From contig NIVC01000744.1 in the NCBI GenBank assembly GCA_002269645.1, forward strand, positions 124,001 through 188,000: a DNA stretch of 64,000 bases, written 5' to 3'. The position numbers and the translations under genes were made by a program. The notes beneath the pieces were generated by a model, which had not been told where the DNA came from, searched no databases, and was given only the letters and a program-made list of their open reading frames with translations. Below, in pieces: positions 60,874-64,000 of the stretch (the first letter of the stretch is position 1; every line of letters begins with the position of its first letter). This stretch comes from Macrostomum lignano. Lineage: Eukaryota.

Positions 60874-61420
60874 CAGTGGGTGGCTTGCAAACTCGGCCGC
60901 TCACCCACCTGGTCGCCGATCAGCTGTCATAAACAATGATTTATTTGATCAGTTCTAAAAAAATGCAGAAAAATTCCATCCAAAATTGGTGACAGTAAAC
61001 AGGAGAATTTGATACCTCTTTGTTATTTCACTGGTCTTTGTGCTGGTTTGGAGCCCATGGTTTTTTATTAGTTGTTTTATATTCATGAGCACGCATAGGT
61101 TTAGTCTCCGAGTGGAGACCTCATGGAGGTCAGGGGGTCCCCCGGCCCCGGCATAAAATGTCATGCCGGATGTGTAAAAATCTACAGAAAGATTGCAAAA
61201 AGCTTGTCTGGCGTTTGACTGTGCGGCGCTCAGAACCGCATTGGTCCGTGATTTATTGAGCTCGGAGTGATCAGGGCTCACGGAGATAGAGATCGCCGCC
61301 TTTGTGTTCTCGCTGGGTTGAGCCAATAGTTGGTTGGGGTTTGCAACCTCTGCAACACCTAGCACCGAAACCGAAATCAAGTGTCTACAATTTCTAAAGA
61401 GCTTAAAACACGAATTGGCG

Positions 61421-61765
61421 CTTAAAACTCGAATCTTGGCGCTTAAAACTCGAATCTTAGCGCGTAAACATAAATCTTGGCACTTAAACATAAATCTTGG
61501 GACTTAAAACTCAAATCTTGGCGCCTAAAACTCAAATCTTGGCGTTTAAACATAAATCTTGGCGCTTAAAACTCGAATCTTGGCGCTTAAAACTCAAATC
61601 TTGGCGCTTAAAACTCTAATCTTGGCGCTTAAATATAAATCTTGGCGCTTAAAACATAAATCTTGGCGCTTAAAACTCAAATCTTGGCGTTTAAACATAA
61701 ATCTTGGCGCTTAAAACTCGAATCTTGGCGCTTAAAACTCAAATCTTGGCGCTTAAAACTCAAAT
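61421..61765. repeat. Minisatellite, 19-21-bp unit (AATCTTGGCGCTTAAAACTCG)
   Basis: Visible tandem array. Confidence 0.93.
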
Positions 61766-62545
61766 ATTGACGCCAGAAACAGAATACTGCACCGGGAACA
61801 ATAACTTGACTCATCATCAACCCCAGTGGCTTCAGCTATTTCATTTCCTAAACTGCTTTCACTGCATAAGTTGCGAACGTCTCTCTCGTATCGGGTTGCT
61901 TTTCTCTGCTGCCCCCGCCCCCCCCCCCACCCCAAGCTCACGAGCGGAGCGGGGAGGCAATACGAGAAGCTCTTGAGTCGAAAACTATAAAAAGAAGTAA
62001 AAACAAGCAAAGCAGCTCGTATGCACGGGCAAAAAAGCAGAAGACACGTTTGAGCCGGCGCTGAGTCATAGAGGCAGGAAAAAGCGCTTCGTCTTCCCTC
62101 TGCAACCCCTTCCTCCACTCTCGCTTTGCATTGCCACAAAGGCTTGGCCTTAGCGATAGCCATATAGGACAACCCATGGCTTTTAGCAAGGTGTGAAATG
62201 CTAGCACACCTACATGATCTACTATCTATCTATCGCCCCCAGGCTCCCCACAGCCTCATCTTCTCGGTGATGATGCGGTGTTGCGTAATCGCGACTCTGC
62301 CCCCCCCCCAGCTTCCCCGCAGGCTCTGCCATTCTCGCCCTCTCTTCGAATTTCTGAGCTACGAGCAGCGATGATGAGCCGGGAGCTGGGAGAGCTCAGC
62401 TGCTCAAGCAGGACTGTGTAATCCCAAAGCCTGACACAGGACTCTTAATCCCAGGCTTGAATGGGACTTCATGCTGAACAAGCTGGGCTCGCCGTTTATG
62501 AGCAGCATGAAAATTTCACTTTGCATCGTCAAGGGTTTTCGATTC

Positions 62546-63323
62546 ATTTTTAGGTTTTTAGGTTTGCTAAGATTCCTTTTTAGGTTTTTAGGTTTGCTTG
62601 GACTCAGTTTTTGGTTTTTAGGTTTGCTTAGATTCCTTTTTAGGTTTGCTTAGATTCCTTTTTAGGTTTTTAGGTTTGCTTAGATTCCTTTTTAGGTTTT
62701 TAGGTTTGCTTAGATTCCTTTTTAGGTTTTTAGGTTTGCTCGGACTCATTTTTAGGTTTTTAGGTTTGCTTAAGATTCCTTTTTAGGTTTTTAGGTTTGC
62801 TTGGACTTATTTTTAGGTTTTCAGGTTTGCTTAGATTCCTTTTTAGGTTTGCTTAGATTCCTTTTTAGGTTTTTAGGTTTGCTTAGATTCCTTTTTAGGT
62901 TTTTAGATTTGCTCGGACTCATTTTTAGGTTTTTAGGTTTGCTTAGATTCCTTTTTAGGTTTTTAGGTTTGCTTGGACTCATTTTTAGGTTTTCAGGTTT
63001 GCTTAGATTCCTTTTTAGGTTTGCTTAGATTCCTTTTTAGGTTTTTAGGTTTGCTTAGATTCCTTTTTAGGTTTTTAGGTTTGCTCGGACTCATTTTTAG
63101 GTTTTTAGGTTTGCTTAAGATTCCTTTTTAGGTTTTTAGGTTTGCTTGGACTCATTTTTAGGTTTTCAGGTTTGCTTAGATTCCTTTTTAGGTTTGCTTA
63201 GATTCCTTTTTAGGTTTTTAGGTTTGCTTAGATTCATTTTTAGTTTTTAGGTTCGCTTCGATTCATTTTTACTTTTTAGGTTCGCTTCGATTCATTTTTA
63301 GCATTTTAAAGTTCGCTTCGATT
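62546..63323. repeat. T-rich minisatellite, ~30-bp unit (TTTTTAGGTTTTTAGGTTTGCTTAGATTCC)
   Basis: Visible tandem array with shorter variant units. Confidence 0.94.
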
Positions 63324-63734
63324 CGTTCCCGATTCAGCAGAGAAGTGGGATTACGAGTTCCCCACGCCAGTCAGTTCTCACACTCCCTACTCACTCCAGG
63401 TGTAAACAGTTGGCCCTGAAATGATTGGCACGTGTTGCAATAATTTCTGTTCAAACCAAATCTGTCACGGAGTTGCCTCTTCAGGCGGAAAGCAAAGAAA
63501 TTTTCTTCATTTTTTATTAGCTGGGAGTTCTCAAAGCCCTGGGCAGAGGAGGCATGCGCGGCAACTGTTGCACCTTGGCTGTCCAGAGCCCAACTCTGCA
63601 GCCACTGCAGCTATCGGGAATTATTGAGTCAGCTTGCCTAAATTCGAGCGCTTTTGGGGATTTGAGACTGGAGTGCAGGATTTACTTTGAATGACACCTA
63701 TAGGAGGTGAGAAAGCACGTGGTCAGGTAATGAG

Positions 63735-63890
63735 CGGATGGGGTGAACAGGGAATGGGGATGATGGAGTGAACAGGGAATGGGGATGATGGGGTGAACAG
63801 GGAATGGGGATGATGGGGTGATCGCAGGATGGGATAAACAGGTGATGGGATAAACAGGTGATAGGATAAACCGGTGATGGGATAAACAGG
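63735..63890. repeat. Short minisatellites, 25-bp (GATGGGGTGAACAGGGAATGGGGAT) grading into 16-bp (GATGGGATAAACAGGT)
   Basis: A few tandem units of each. Confidence 0.8.
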
Positions 63891-63941
63891 AGATCGGAAA
63901 CAAGGCACAGTCATTGGATAGCCAAAAAGAGTTAAGTCAGA

Positions 63942-64000
63942 AGAGTGTCAGACAGTCAGTCAGAGTGTCACACAGTCAGTCAGAGTGTCAGACAGTCAGT
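63942..64000. repeat. Start of a 20-bp minisatellite (GAGTGTCAGACAGTCAGTCA), truncated by the window edge
   Basis: About 3 units visible. Confidence 0.75.

Noticed and set aside
59490-60958. Three 430-480-aa SQQSQQCHSSHN ORFs
   Set aside because: Same artefact, from a 20-bp array.
62546-63323. TTTTTAGG units as telomeric repeats
   Set aside because: They do not match TTAGGG and are embedded in a 30-bp unit.

Overview
This is eukaryotic animal genomic DNA, not prokaryotic; there is no CRISPR array, rRNA or operon. High-GC3 exons separated by introns packed with unrelated minisatellites resemble a Macrostomum-type flatworm genome (inference only). Six protein-coding loci were reconstructed by hand from GT-AG junctions and phase checks: (1) the last exon of an ALK/LTK-type glycine-rich-domain protein (+, 1999-2474); (2) a 193-aa neurocalcin/hippocalcin-like calcium sensor (-, 2 exons); (3) an intronless 585-aa acidic orphan ORF (+); (4) OSTC (-, 4 exons, 150 aa); (5) GLG1/ESL-1 (+, 10 exons, 1198 aa), head-to-head with OSTC; (6) a discoidin domain receptor kinase (-, 8 exons, 1042 aa, about 27 kb). 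Also present are a decayed LINE (AP-endonuclease, LOA/R1-like), two copies of a tRNA-headed SINE, a degenerate tRNA-like sequence, and about 30 tandem arrays covering roughly 29% of the window by my hand tally. Most ORFs in the supplied track are repeat-derived or antisense artefacts. The most unusual pattern is the non-random placement of the minisatellites: a different array in each of seven consecutive GLG1 introns, several apparently seeded from the splice junction itself, one between each convergent gene pair, and none in the divergent promoters. Other highlights are a 57-bp array resembling a tRNA 5' half next to a SINE head, an orphan protein with a PP1 RVxF motif and a terminal Cys cluster, a kinase-less ALK-type glycine-rich protein, and a DDR with a Tyr-to-Cys change in the activation loop.
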